Source of the DNA: an uncultured Chloroflexia bacterium
GTDB lineage: Bacteria; Chloroflexota; Limnocylindria; Limnocylindrales; CSP1-4
Assembly (NCBI GenBank): GCA_963707215.1
Contig: CAVPPB010000002.1
Coordinates: 26,865 to 90,864 of the forward strand
Direction of reading: 5' to 3'
DNA: 64,000 nucleotides
The notes under the pieces were generated by a model. It worked only from the letters and a program-made list of their open reading frames with translations. It searched no databases and was not told the origin of the DNA. Made by a program: the position numbers and the translations under genes. Shown piece after piece: positions 9,910-29,122 of the stretch (its first letter is position 1; every line of letters begins with the position of its first letter).

Positions 9910-10652
9910 TCAGCCCTTTGGCGTGGGACCGGCGTCGGCGACCGAGCTCGCCTCGGCGCTCGAGCCGGTCTCGGCGCTCGGCCGGCCGACCTTCGCTCGG
10001 ACCCGGGCCCAGCCCGGATGCCCCAGCTGCCACCAGATGAAGGCGAGCACCCCGAGGGCAAGGATGCCCAGGACGAGGTACTCGAAGCGGCTCAGCCAGG
10101 CGCCGATGACCCCCCAGTTGTCGCCGAGGAGGTAGCCGGCGCCGACGAGCAGGGCCGTCCACGGCAACGAGCCGAGGAAGGTGAAGACCACGAACGGCAG
10201 CAGCGGCATCCGGGCGATACCGGCGGCGAACGAGATGAGCGAGCGGACGACCGGCACCATCCGGCCGAAGAAGGCGGCCACGGAGCCGTAGCGGTCGAAC
10301 CAGGCCTCCGTCTTGGCCAGGTCCTCCGGGTCGATGAGCAGGTAGCGGCCCCAGCGCACGAGGAGCGGTCGTCCGCCGTAGAAGCCGATCGCGTAGGCGA
10401 CGAGGGCGCCGAGCGTGGCCCCGACCGTCCCGGCGAGGATCGTCAGCCAGATGGTTCCAGGGCGAGCCGGTCAGTGGCTCGATGTTCTCGGGGAAGGCGG
10501 TCAGGAAGCCGGCGAACGGCAGGACCAGCTCCGAGGGGATCGGGATGATGACGCTCTCGATCGGCCACCCAGAGGGCCACCCCGAGGTAGCCGACGGCGT
10601 TGTAGACAGAGGTCACGAGCTCGCGGACGGGCCCGTCGAGGAAGTCGAACAC
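9910..10652 (-). pseudogene. DedA/SNARE-associated family membrane protein, interrupted by a frameshift (possibly an assembly indel)
   Basis: The N-terminal MFDFLDGPVRELVTSVYNAVGYLGVALW is in one frame (10443-10652). The C-terminal DedA core (RMVPVVRSLISFAAGIARMPLLPFVVFTFLGSLPW) is in another (9910-10359). Confidence 0.6.
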
Positions 10653-10763
10653 GGGCGGAGTCTACCGGCCTTCCCCGCGCCGTATGCTGGACCCGATGTC
10701 CGAGTCGTCGAGCCAGGGGTCCCATCCGTCCGGGCCGCATCACGAACCGCGCCGATCCCGGCG

Positions 10764-12414
10764 ATGGGCCATCGTGCGTCCGCCACCCGGCTGGCGACGG
10801 CGTCCTCGGCCGTCGTCCTGACCGGCGCCGACCTCTGGGTCGCCGACGTCGAGGCCGTCGCCCGGCACGGCGTCCCGGTCGCCCTCGACATCCACGCCCG
10901 GGCCCGGATGCAGGAGGCCCGCGACGTCATCGTCCGCCTCGTCGAGACCGGCGAGGTGGTCTACGGCGTGACGACCGGGTTCGGGTCGCTCGCCGATCGG
11001 ACGATCGAGGCGTCCGATGCCGCCCTGCTCCAGGAGCACCTCCTGGTCAGTCACGCCGCCGGCGTCGGGCGGCCGTTCCCCCGCGAGGTCGTCCGGGCGA
11101 TGCTCGTCCTGCGGGCCAACACCCTGGCCCTGGGGCACTCCGGCTGCCGCCCCGAACTCGTCGACCGCATCTGCCGGTTCCTGGAGCTGGGGCTCCACCC
11201 GGTCGTCCCCGAGCAGGGCAGCGTCGGGGCGTCGGGCGACCTCGCACCGCTCGCCCACCTGGCCCTGCCGATGATCGGTCGTGGCGAGGTCGAGCTCGGG
11301 CGGCCACGTCATGCCGGCGCTGCTCGCCCTCAGGGAGGTCGGCCTCGAGCCGCTGGCCCTGGAGCCCAAGGAGGGGCTGGCGCTGCTGAACGGGACCCAG
11401 CTCATGGGCGCCCTGGCGGCCCTCCTGGCCGCCGACGCGGAGCGCCTGGTCCGGACCGCCAGCGTGGCCGCGGCCATGAGCGTGGAGGCGCTGCTCGGAA
11501 CCGAGGTCGCCTACGCCGCGCCGTACCAGCTGGCTCGACCCCATCCCGGCCAGGTCGAGACGGCGGGCGAGCTGCGCTGGCTGCTCCGGGGCTCGGGGCT
11601 CCAGGCGAGCCACCACGGCCGTGCCCACAAGGTCCAGGACCCGTACTCGCTGCGCTGCGTTCCCCAGGTCCACGGGGCCGTCCGGGATGCCCTCGGTCAC
11701 CTGGACCGGGTCCTGGAGATCGAGCTCAACAGTGCGACCGACAACCCACTGGTCTTCCCGGGGGGCGGCGCGGCGCCAGACGGAACCATCGCCACCGGCG
11801 GCGGTCGTGTCATCAGCGGCGGCAACTTCCACGGCGAGCCGATCGCCCTCGCCATCGACTTCGCCAAGCTGGCCCTGGCCGAGCTCGGATCGATCTCGGA
11901 GCGGCGCACCGCGCTGCTTCTCGACCCCAGCCTCAATGGCGGCCTTCCCCCGTTCCTGGCAGGCCGCTCGGGGCTCGATTCCGGGCTGATGCTCGTCCAG
12001 TACACCGCGGCCGCGCTCGCCTCGGAGGACAAGGTCCTGGCGCACCCGTCGTCGGCCGACTCGATCCCCACGAGCGCGAACCAGGAGGACCACGTCTCCA
12101 TGGGGGCGACGGCCGGCCGGCACGCGAGGACCGTCCTCGAGAACGTCCAGCGGATCGTCGCGATCGAGCTCCTTTGCGCCGCCCAGGCGCTCGACCTGCG
12201 GATCGAGGCGCTCGCCGACGAGGCGTCGGGCTCGCCTGGCCCTGCCCCGGGGGAGGGGGTCGCCGAGGCACATCGCCGCATCCGGGCCGTCGTCCCACGG
12301 CTGGCCGGCGACCGCGAGCCTGGGCCGGACATGGCGGCCCTGACCGAGCTGGTCGTCGGTGGCTCGCTCGCCGACCTCGCGGGGCCCGGGCGGGAGACGA
12401 TCGCGGGCGGCTGA
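10764..12414 (+). pseudogene. hutH: histidine ammonia-lyase, split by a frameshift near 11290
   Basis: The N-terminal half (GFGSLAD...ASGDLAPLAHLALPMIGRGEVEL) and the C-terminal half (LNGTQLMGALAAL...SANQEDHVSMG) are each full-quality HutH matches, but in different frames. Confidence 0.85.
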
Positions 12415-12463
12415 CGCGGGCGGCTGACGCGGGCGATCGATCCTTCGCGACCGCCGGTCGGTC

Positions 12464-12976
12464 TCAGCCGAAGCCGAACCGGCGGCGCGGCTGGCGGCCC
12501 ATCGACGACGAGGGCTTCGTCGTGCGGAAGCCGGTCCGTCGAAGCGTCTGGTCGATCTCCTCGACGAAGGGCCGCCCCTCAGGGCGGAGCTCGAGCCAGT
12601 CGAGATAGCCGGGGTCCACGCGGGCGATCTCGCCGATCGACCAGCCCTTGTGGCGCCCGAAGGTCAGGACGCTGCCGCTCGGTCGGCCGGGCGGTGGGCC
12701 GGCGGCACCGACCCAGGACGGCTCGCGGCCGGCCGGCCGGCTGGAGCGCGGGTCGGCGGCCTCGGCGGCACGGGCCCGGTCCCAGGCAGCTCGTCGGCCA
12801 GGATCGCCAAGGACCTCCCAGGCGGCGTTGATCTCGCTCATCCGGTAGTGGCCGGCGGTGCCGGCGCGGTCCGGGTGGAAGCGACGGGCAAGGGCGCGAT
12901 AGGCCGACCGGATCGCCTCCTGGTCGGCATCCGGGGCAACCCTAAGCACGTCGTACGGGTCGCGCGCCTCGATCAT
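12464..12976 (-). CDS. J-domain (DnaJ-like) protein
   Basis: [32 protein letters not shown] is a canonical J-domain with the HPD motif. Intact 170 aa. Confidence 0.75.
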   Translation of the reverse strand: MIEARDPYDVLRVAPDADQEAIRSAYRALARRFHPDRAGTAGHYRMSEINAAWEVLGDPGRRAAWDRARAAEAADPRSSRPAGREPSWVGAAGPPPGRPSGSVLTFGRHKGWSIGEIARVDPGYLDWLELRPEGRPFVEEIDQTLRRTGFRTTKPSSSMGRQPRRRFGFG

Positions 12977-13085
12977 CCTCGTCCCCTGGTCGCGGTCGCC
13001 CGGTCAGGCTTGGGCCCAAGGGTAGTGGCGGCGTCAACGGGCTCGGCCATGACATCCGTACTGGTCGGACCCGTACACTCGGGGC

Positions 13086-13850
13086 ATGCCCGCCGTCCGC
13101 ATCGTCGACGTCATCGACGAGGCCTCGTTCGACCTGGTCCCGCCCTGTGCCGACGCCGGCTTCGACCACCGGACCTGTGACCACTGGGAGGACGCCGACC
13201 GGGGCTCCAAGGCCGCCCGCGCTGCCTGGCTCGAGCCGAGCGCGACACCGCCCGTCGCGCCCGCGACCCGGCCGTCCAACCCGTTCCTGGCCGACCTCGA
13301 GGATGCTGCGCCGAACCCGTTCGCCCCGGCGGGCGCGGCGCCCTCGAACCCCTTCGCTCCCTCGGGCGATGCCCTCGACGACAACCCGTTCGCGCCGCGA
13401 CGGCCGACGGGGCCGAAGCTGGATCGCGACGCCCCGCGCAAGCTTCGGCTGCTCACCCGGGGGCTCGCGGTCTTCGGCAGCTACGCCAAGGTCCTGCTCC
13501 TCGACGACGAGCCCGTCGCCTATGCCCAGTTCGGGCCGCTGTCGGCGTACCCGCGGGCCCTGCACCTACGCGAGCTGTACCCGCAGCTGCCCGAGGCACC
13601 CCTGCCGGCGGTCATCACCTGCATCGCGACCACCGCCGGGACCCGGGGGGAGGGCCACGGCACACGACTCGTCGAGGCCGTTTGCGGCGATCTCGAGGGG
13701 CGCGGCTTCAGCGCCGTCGAGGCCTACCCGGAGGTCGGCGCTCTGGCCGATGCCACGAGTGCAGCCACGGTGGCCTTCTGGCTGGCCTGTGGGTTCGCCG
13801 TCGCCGTCGACGACCAGCGATTCCCGGTGGTCCGCCGCGAGCTCGGCTGA
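13086..13850 (+). CDS. GNAT family N-acetyltransferase with an internal NPF-repeat insertion
   Basis: The C-terminal GNAT motif A ([29 protein letters not shown]) follows four NPF motifs ([32 protein letters not shown]) in a low-complexity insert. Confidence 0.6.
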   Translation: MPAVRIVDVIDEASFDLVPPCADAGFDHRTCDHWEDADRGSKAARAAWLEPSATPPVAPATRPSNPFLADLEDAAPNPFAPAGAAPSNPFAPSGDALDDNPFAPRRPTGPKLDRDAPRKLRLLTRGLAVFGSYAKVLLLDDEPVAYAQFGPLSAYPRALHLRELYPQLPEAPLPAVITCIATTAGTRGEGHGTRLVEAVCGDLEGRGFSAVEAYPEVGALADATSAATVAFWLACGFAVAVDDQRFPVVRRELG

Positions 13851-13950
13851 GCCGATCGCCCTGGCGTACCAAGCCGACCGCCCGAGGCTCTCGAGGGGTG
13901 ACGGGCGCGATGCCGCGGAGCACACTGGAGCCCCGAGCCGGAGGACGACG

Positions 13951-15661
<1,711 letters not shown>

Positions 15662-15869
15662 TCCGGGCGACCCGATCGCCCCGCCGTGGTGCGTCGGCGC
15701 ACCGCTCCTGCGGTCCCGGTCGCCCGGCGCCTCGATCCGCGGTCCGAACCGTGGTCACGAGGCTTCACCGGCGCTTATCCCGGCGTTACTCTGGCGTAGG
15801 CCGAGCGGGCCGAGCCTGATCCCGGGCGGGCTGCCGGACGATTCGGTGGCCGCCGCGCCCGCTGCGCCG

Positions 15870-19239
<3,370 letters not shown>

Positions 19240-19296
19240 CAGACCGGCTGACGACCGCGATCAAGGCCGCTGGGCATCAGCCCAGCGGCCTTCCGT

Positions 19297-20718
19297 CTAG
19301 GGCTCGGGCTCGTCGGTCTCGACGAGCACCGGCTCTGCCGGGCCGAGCGGGGTCGCGATGGGCTCGGGCGGCTCGAGCTCGCGGGGCCCGTGCCCCGGCG
19401 GCGCCGCTCCACCCGGTCCGCTCGGCTCGCCGACGTCCTCGGGCCCGCGCGGCATCTCGCGGATCGTCCGGACGGGTGTGAGCACCAGCGGCAGGATGGC
19501 GAAGCTGGCGCCGATCCCGCCGAGGAGGATGACCGGTCGCAGGCCGACCCCGGCGTCGGTCAGGCCCTGGGCGATGAGGCCGCCGACGATCTGCCCGATC
19601 GGGATCGTGCCCCACACGATGAAGCGCATCGTCGCGTTCATCCGGCCCTGGAGCCGTTCCGGGGTGATCGCCTGGCGGAAGCTCACCTGGTTGACGTTGT
19701 AGACGACCGACGAGAAGCCGGTGAGCATGCCCGAGGCGACCAGGAACGGGAACGCCACGTCCGCCGGCGCGAGGGCGACGAGGAAGAGGGCCGGTGCGCT
19801 GACGGCCATGGAGACCACGATCGCGGGACCGACGCCGAGGCGACGCGAGAACCGGCCGGCCGTCAGGGCCCCGACGATGGCCCCGATGTTGCCGAGGCCG
19901 AAGGCTACGCCGATGGCGCCGGCTCCCAAGCCGAGCTCGCGGACCAGGAAGACCAGGAGCGTCGCGAACCCGATGCTGGTGAAGAGGTTGGAGATCCCGG
20001 TCGAGGCTGCGATGCCGCGCAGGTAGCGGTTGCCGAGCACGTAGCGCAGGCCGGCCGCCACCTCCGAGCGCATGCTGCCCCGCGGGCGACCGTGCTCGTC
20101 GGTGTGGCGGTCCGGGGTCGGTTCCTCGCGGCGGATCAGCAGGACGAAGATGCCGGACCAGGCGAAGCTGACCGCATCGAGGAGGATGGCCAGCGGCGCC
20201 CGCAGCACCTGGATGATCACGCCGGCGATCGCGGGGCCGGCCGCCTGGGCGACCGTCCGGCTGATCTCGAGCTTCGAGTTGGCCTCCACGAGCTGGTCCC
20301 GGTCGACGAGCGAGGGGACGTAGGCCTGGTACGAGATGTCGAAGAGGACGGTCAGGGTGCCGACCAAGAACCCGACGACGTAGAGCTGCCAGATCGTCAG
20401 CCCACCGAGGGCGAAGGCCACCGGGATCGAGCCCAGGGCGAGGGCCCGGCCGACGTCGCCGGCGATGAGGATCGGGCGTCGGCGGAGGCGGTCGATCCAG
20501 GCCCCGGCCGGCAGGCTGAAGAGGATGAAGGGGAGGAACTCGATCGTGCTCAGGAGCGCCACCTCGAACGGTGACGCCTCGAGGATGTTGATGGCGACCA
20601 GAGGCAGGGCCAGCAGGCTGATCTGCGAGCCGAACTGGCTGATCGTCTCGGCCGACCAGAACTTCAGGAAGTCGGCGTGGCGCCAGAGGCTGCGGGTCGG
20701 GGCCGGGACACCGGACAT
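19297..20718 (-). CDS. MFS transporter
   Basis: Start placed at MSGVPAPTRSLWRHADFLKFWSAETISQFG. Twelve TM helices and an MFS signature (GAWIDRLRRRPILIAGD). The upstream part of the 633-aa track ORF is low-complexity. Confidence 0.8.
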   Translation of the reverse strand: MSGVPAPTRSLWRHADFLKFWSAETISQFGSQISLLALPLVAINILEASPFEVALLSTIEFLPFILFSLPAGAWIDRLRRRPILIAGDVGRALALGSIPVAFALGGLTIWQLYVVGFLVGTLTVLFDISYQAYVPSLVDRDQLVEANSKLEISRTVAQAAGPAIAGVIIQVLRAPLAILLDAVSFAWSGIFVLLIRREEPTPDRHTDEHGRPRGSMRSEVAAGLRYVLGNRYLRGIAASTGISNLFTSIGFATLLVFLVRELGLGAGAIGVAFGLGNIGAIVGALTAGRFSRRLGVGPAIVVSMAVSAPALFLVALAPADVAFPFLVASGMLTGFSSVVYNVNQVSFRQAITPERLQGRMNATMRFIVWGTIPIGQIVGGLIAQGLTDAGVGLRPVILLGGIGASFAILPLVLTPVRTIREMPRGPEDVGEPSGPGGAAPPGHGPRELEPPEPIATPLGPAEPVLVETDEPEP

Positions 20719-20899
20719 GGTCACGGGAGCTCCGCGAGGGCCAGCGGCGGCGGCGTCGGGCGTCGTCGGTGACCCGGCGGAGTCTAGCGCGGGGGAAGTC
20801 CAGCCCGCCGGGGGGCGCTGACAGGAGCGGGAGGCGACGCGCCGTGAACCCGCGCCGGATGCCACCCCCGGGACCCATCGACCTGTCACGATATGGACG

Positions 20900-21880
20900 A
20901 TGGCCGCCGGGCTCGTCGAATTGGTCCCCAACGTTTCCGAGGGTCGTCGCCTCGAGGTGATCGACCTGCTTGCCGCTGCGGTGCGGGCGCTGCCCGGTGC
21001 CCGGCTGCTCGACCGGACCAGCGACGCGTCGCACAACCGAAGCGTCCTGACGATGGCGGGTGAAGCTCCGGCCGTGTGCGATGCGCTCGAGGAGATGGTG
21101 GCTGTCGCCCTCCGCGAGATCGACATGGAACGCCAGGAGGGTGAGCATCCCCGGATCGGCGCGGTCGACGTGATCCCGTTCGTGCCGCTCGGGGACACGA
21201 CGATGGCCGAAGCGGTGGACGTCGCCCGAACCTTCGGTCAGCGCCTGGCCGAGCGGTTCGACCTGCCGGTCTACTTCTACGCCGAGGCGGCGGGCCGGTC
21301 CGACCGGGTCCGCCTCGCCGACGTCCGCCGCGGCCAGTACGAGGGCCTCAAGAGCGAGATCGCGACCCGCGGTCGCGAGCCCGACGCGGGCCCGTCGCGG
21401 ATGCATCCGACCGGCGGAGCGGTCGCGGTCGGGGCCCGTCCCTTCCTCATCGCCTGGAACATCGACCTCGGGACGGACGACGTCGAGGTCGCCAAGCGGA
21501 TCGCCCGGCGGGTCCGCGAGTCCGGCGGTGGCTTGCCCAGGGTCCAGGCGAGCGGCTTCTGGATCGCCGAGCGCGGCCGGGCGCAGGTGTCGATGAACCT
21601 GCTCGACGTCGGGGTCACCCCGATGTGGCTCGTCTGGGACGAGGTCGCCGACCTGGCGGCCACCGAGGGGCGTCGAGCCGGTCGCCTCCGAGCTCATCGG
21701 CCTGGCGCCCCTCCGGGCGTTCCTCGACACGGCCGATCGCGCCGGCGCGGCCACGGACGCTCCGATCGAGGCCCGCTTCGCGGCCGCGGCCAGCTACCTC
21801 AGGCTCATGGACGCCGACCCCGGCATGGCCCTCGAGCTGCGCCTGGCCGCCGCCCCCGACGACGACGCCCCACGCGACCG

Positions 21881-21884
<4 letters not shown>
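20900..21884 (+). pseudogene. ftcD: glutamate formimidoyltransferase (FTCD N-domain-like), with a frameshift near 21665
   Basis: VELVPNVSEGRRLEVIDLLAAAV...HPRIGAVDVIPFVPL...QYEGLKSEIA are formiminotransferase motifs. The C-terminal 70 aa continue in another frame and end in an ATGA overlap with hutI. Confidence 0.75.
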
Positions 21885-23246
<1,362 letters not shown>

Positions 23247-23252
23247 CCCGAC

Positions 23253-23928
23253 CTAGGGCTGTCGGCCGCGCTGCTCCAGGAGGACCGTCGTCGTCTCGGA
23301 CGGGAGGCCGCTGGAGGTGACCGAGAGCCGGGCCTGGGCCTGGGGCTCGGCGCCCATCTCGTGGAGGAACCGGCGGAGCGCCTCGTCGCAGGGAGCGCCC
23401 TCCGGGCAGACGGGCATCGGCACGACGATCCGCGGGTCGAGCTGGGCGACGAGCTCGGCGACCTTGGTCGCCGACATGGCGCCGCCGATCGGGACGCAGA
23501 CGACGTCCACCTCACCGAGCTCCGACAGGCGCTCCTGTGGCAGCAGGTGCCCGATGTCGCCGAGGTGGATGGTGTGGATCCCGTCGAGCTCGATGCTGAA
23601 GGCCGTCTGCCGGCCGCGCTCCTCGCCGCGGCGGTCGTCGCGGAACGTCCGCACCCCGGTGATCAGGACGTGCCTGACCTCGTACTCGCCGGGTCCGTCG
23701 AGGACGAAGGCCTCGTCGAGGCTGGTCGGCAGGTAGGTCCCCCCGTCCCGCGACCGCCGGCCCTTCGGTTTGGGCCAGCGGCTCGTCGTCCGGGTGGCTG
23801 ATGGTGACGACGTCCCCGGTGATGCCTCGGCCCGTCGGCCCGACGATCGCCGGATAGGGGTCGGTGACGACGACGGCGTCCTTGCCGCGGAGGCGGATGC
23901 AGGTCCGCCCGTACCAGGTCAGCTCCAT
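23253..23928 (-). pseudogene. MBL-fold metal-dependent hydrolase (UPF0173-like), with a frameshift near 23.78 kb
   Basis: The N-terminal MELTWYGRTCIRLRGKDAVVVTDPY...VTISHPDDEP and the C-terminal LDGIHTIHLGDIGHLL...VDVVCVPIGG are in different frames. Confidence 0.55.
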
Positions 23929-24194
23929 GGCCGGATTCTGACAGGAGACGAGAAGACCGGAGGCGCCTGCCCATCGGCGCCCCCGGTCGGAGGGAGGGAG
24001 GATGGAACCGTTAGGTTCGTCCGTCACGAACGGTAGGCGACCGTGGGTTCAACCACGAGCGGGCAGATGGTTAAGAAACGCACATTCGGTGTCGCGGATG
24101 GACGGCCGCCCGCCACGCATCGGCCGCGCCCTGCGTCCCGGGATGACCCGCACGGCGGCAGGACGTTCGTCCCGCATGCATCCCGCGGCCACTC

Positions 24195-25563
24195 ATGCGA
24201 GCATCGCCCCGTGATCATCCATCGACGCCCCCGAAACGCCTCCGGCCGCCGGGTACCGGGCTCCGGCCGCTCGACTCCGCCGTGTCGGCGCGCCTCCTCG
24301 CCGTCCTGTTCGCCGGCACCCTCGTGCTGGCCGCCTGCGGCTCCGGAGCCACGCCGGCTCCGGCCACCACGGCCCCCGACTCGCCGTCGCCGAGCGCCGC
24401 CGCTCCGTCGGCGCCGGCTCGACGCGACCGAGATCGAAGGCCGCTGACGGCTGAGATCGCCGAGCCAGGTCGCCGAGATCCGCGAGCTCGAGCTCCAGGA
24501 GCCGATCGAGGTCGAGGTCCTCGATGAGGCCGGGCTCGTGGCCTTCGTCGAGGCGCAGTTCGCCGAGGAGAACCCGGCCGAGTACGTCGCCGCCTACGAC
24601 CGCCTGCTCACCCGCCTGGGCCTCTTCCCGGCCGAGGACGAGCTCGCCGACACCTACATCGAGCTCCTCGGCTCGCAGGTGCTGGGGCTCTACGACGACG
24701 AGACCCGCAAGCTGTACGTCGTCGCTCGCGAGGGCGGCCTCGGCGGCACCGAGAAGGTCACCCTGGCCCACGAGATCGACCACGCCCTCCAGGACCAGCA
24801 CTTCACGCTTCGCACCGTCGTCCCGGAGGGCCGTGACCAGGGCGACCAGGCGCTCGGCGCGCTCTCGCTGATCGAGGGTGACGCCACCCTGGTGATGACC
24901 ATCTGGGCGAGCACGAACCTGACCCCCCAGGAGGCGCTCGAGCTCATCGAGGACGCCCAGGACCCGGAGCAGGCCGCCGTCCTGGCGGAGGCCCCGCCCA
25001 TCTTGCGGGACGGGCTCGTGTTCCCCTACGAAGCGGGCCTGTCGCTGGCCCTGGGTCTTCGCTCCGACGGGGGCTGGGGCGCCGTGGACGCCGCCTACGA
25101 CCGTCCCCCGGCCTCCACCGAGCAGGTGATCCACCCGGAGAAGTACGCGTCGCACGAGCAGCCCGATCGCGGTCGATCTGCCGTCCGACCTGGCGATCGG
25201 ATCGGCGCCGGCTGGTCCGTGCCGCTCAGGACACCTTCGGCGAGTTCTCAGCCGCGGATCTGGCTCCAGACCGCTGGCGACCGCGAGCCCGATGTGATCG
25301 CCGGATACCACGGCCGAGGGCTGGGGCGGTGACGGATCGGCTACCTGACGGGTCCGAACGGGGCCGAGGCGGTCGTGATGCGGACGACCTGGGACGACCC
25401 GGCCGCCGCCGACCGCTTCCAGGACGCCGCCTCGCGTGTCGTCGCCGATGTCCGCCGGACCGGCACCCGTTCCGGGTATCCGATCGCGAGATCCTCGTCA
25501 TCGTGGCCAGCGATGGCGCCGTGCTCGATGCAGCGGTCGCCGCCTTCGAGTCTGCCCCTCTGA
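24195..25563 (+). pseudogene. secreted lipoprotein with a zincin-like HExxH motif, frameshifted (boundaries approximate)
   Basis: A lipobox signal (LLAVLFAGTLVLAACGSG) is followed, after a frame change, by a conserved domain containing TLAHEIDHALQDQHF. The C-terminal segments are scattered over two more frames. Confidence 0.4.
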
Positions 25564-25569
25564 TCGGGG

Positions 25570-27264
25570 CTACATCACTTCGGGTGCCGAGATCCCCAGC
25601 AGGGTCAGCGATCGGGCGATGGTCAGCTGCGGGCGCCCGGAACAGCGCGAGGCGTCGCGACGATCGCTCTGGCTCATCGGGATCGACGACTCGGGCGTCA
25701 CGGTAGTAGGCGTGGAAGGCCGTCGCCAGCTCGGTCGCGTAGGCCGTGATGCCGTGGGTCTCCTCGGCCGCCGCGGCGTCCTCGACGACCTCGGGGAAGC
25801 GCAGCATCTCGCGGATCAGCGCGGCCTCGGGCCCGCCGTCGAGGCCCCCGGCCATCGAGGAAGCCGGCTGGATGCCGACTTCGGCCGGCCTTGCGCACGA
25901 TCGAGGCGATCCGGGCGTGGGCGTACTGGACGTAGTAGACGGGGTTCTCGTTCGACTGCTTCTTGGCCAGCTCGATGTCGAAGTCGATGCCCGATGTCGC
26001 CGCCCGTGAACCGAAGAACCAGCGGGCCGCGTCGACCCCGACCTCGGCCAGCAGCTCGTCGAGGGTGATGAAGGTGCCGGCCCGCTTGCTCATCGAGATC
26101 TCCTCGCCGTCGCGGACGAAACGAACCCAGGCCGTCAGCAGCATCCGGACCGCTGCCTTGTCGTAGCCCATGGCCTGGGCGGCGTTGCGCACCCGAGCGA
26201 CGGTCCCGTGGTGGTCGGCGCCCCAGATGTAGATCAGCTCGTCGAAACCGCGGCTGAACTTCTCGACGACGTAGCCGATGTCGGCAGCGAAGTAGGTCGG
26301 TTCGCCATTCGAGCGCAGGATCACCCGGTCCTTGTCGTCGCCGAACACGGTCGAGCGGAACCAGAGCGCGCCGTCCCGCTCGTATGTGTGGCCGCTCGCG
26401 GTCAACCGTTCGATCGCCCGCTCGACCCAGCCGTCGCGATGCAGCGAGCTCTCGCTCTTCCAGACGTCGAAGTGGACACCCAGGTGCTCGAGGCTCGCTT
26501 CGATGCCGGACCGCACGCTGCTCCGACGCCCAGACGCCGAGGATCCAGGCCGCGTCGCTCGGCTGCGGCGCCTCGTGCGCCGACGGCTCGGGCGGGATGG
26601 CCGGCGCAGGTCTGGACGTAGTCACCGTGGTAGCCGTCCTCGGGCAGCTCGGTGCCCTCGCGGATCGCGAGCACGGACAGGCCGAGGTTGCGCACCTGGG
26701 TGCCGAAGTCGTTGAAGTAGTACTCGCGGGTGACGCGATGGCCGCCGGCCTCGAGGACGCGTCCAGGAGGTCGCCGACGAACGCTCCACGAGCGTTGCCG
26801 ATGTGGAGCGGGCCAGTCGGGTTGGCCGACACGAACTCGACGTTGACGTGGCGCGGCTCGGGTCGCCGCGACCCGCCCCCAGTCATCCGGGCGGCGGAGG
26901 AGCTGATCGACCGTGCCGGCCAGCGCCCCGTCCGAGAGGCGGAGATTGACGAACCCCGGCGGGGCGACCTCGACCGAGGCGACCGGAGAGGTCGGACGCC
27001 CGCGCGGGCCACCAGGGCGTCCGCCAGGGCCTGGGCGATCTCGAGCGGGGCACGCCGGTACGGGCGGGCGAGCTTCAGGGCGAGGTTGGTGGCGAGATCG
27101 CCGTGCTCGGGGCTCGCCGGTCGCTCCACCTCGATGGGTGGCCGCTCGGTGTCAGACCCCGGATCGGGAAGGGCGCCGGCCGCGACTGCATCCCTCCAGG
27201 CGTCCTCGATCCCGACCCGGACGCGGGCACGCAGCGAGAGGATGGGCTGTCCGGCGTCGGGCAC
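25570..27264 (-). pseudogene. argS: arginine--tRNA ligase, interrupted by at least four frameshifts
   Basis: ArgS segments appear in successive frames: [30 protein letters not shown], then [36 protein letters not shown], then [17 protein letters not shown]...[17 protein letters not shown]...[17 protein letters not shown], then LRFPEVVEDAAAAEETHGITAYATELATAFHAYY. Confidence 0.85.
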
Positions 27265-27490
27265 TCGGGTCTCCTGGGGCAGGTTCTTGCTGGTCGATCT
27301 CAGGGTGGTAGCGCCATGGTAGCGAGCGGCCGAAGGATCCCGCGGCGTGGGCGGAACGGTGCGGCTGCGCACCACAAGGTGCGGTCCGGGACGGTGGCCC
27401 ACGCTCGGTGCCCACCTGGAGGGGTCCGCTCGGGTCTGGACGCGTCCGTGACGGCGGGCGAGGATTGGAGGCCCGAGTGGAGGTGGACAC

Positions 27491-28774
<1,284 letters not shown>

Positions 28775-29044
28775 ATCCGTCGCCTGCGAGTCGGCGACCC
28801 CCGATCAGGACGGACGTACCAGGACCGTCGGTGCCCTTGCGCACCGGAATCCCCGCCGAGCAAGGGACAGGGTAGGGGAGGTAGGGGCGGTTCCCTACTG
28901 GTCCGGTGCGGACCTGAGCAGTACCATCCGCGGTCCGCTCGGCCTAGCATCGGTCCTGCGGTACCAGTCCCGGGCATGACCCGGGTCGTGGTCGTCGGTC
29001 TCGGGGGCCGGCCATGTGATCCGTCCCCCCTGAAGGAATCGTCG

Positions 29045-29060
29045 GCGTCGTATGACGCTC
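29045..29060 (+). promoter_or_regulatory. imperfect palindrome GGCGTCGTATGACGCT about 70 bp upstream of the DUF11 gene start; related to the site at 34677-34692
   Basis: It shares the 12-mer TCGTCGGCGTCG and the GACGC half-site with the site upstream of the paralog-B gene. Confidence 0.3.
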
Positions 29061-29122
29061 GCACATCGTGAGGTCGGTCGAAATCGACAGACCCGGTCTC
29101 GGGGACTCGGGAGGGCAGATCG

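Noticed and set aside
19277-21754. 825-aa minus-strand ORF over ftcD and the MFS gene
   Set aside because: It is an antisense shadow ORF (RG-rich) covering two real genes on different strands.
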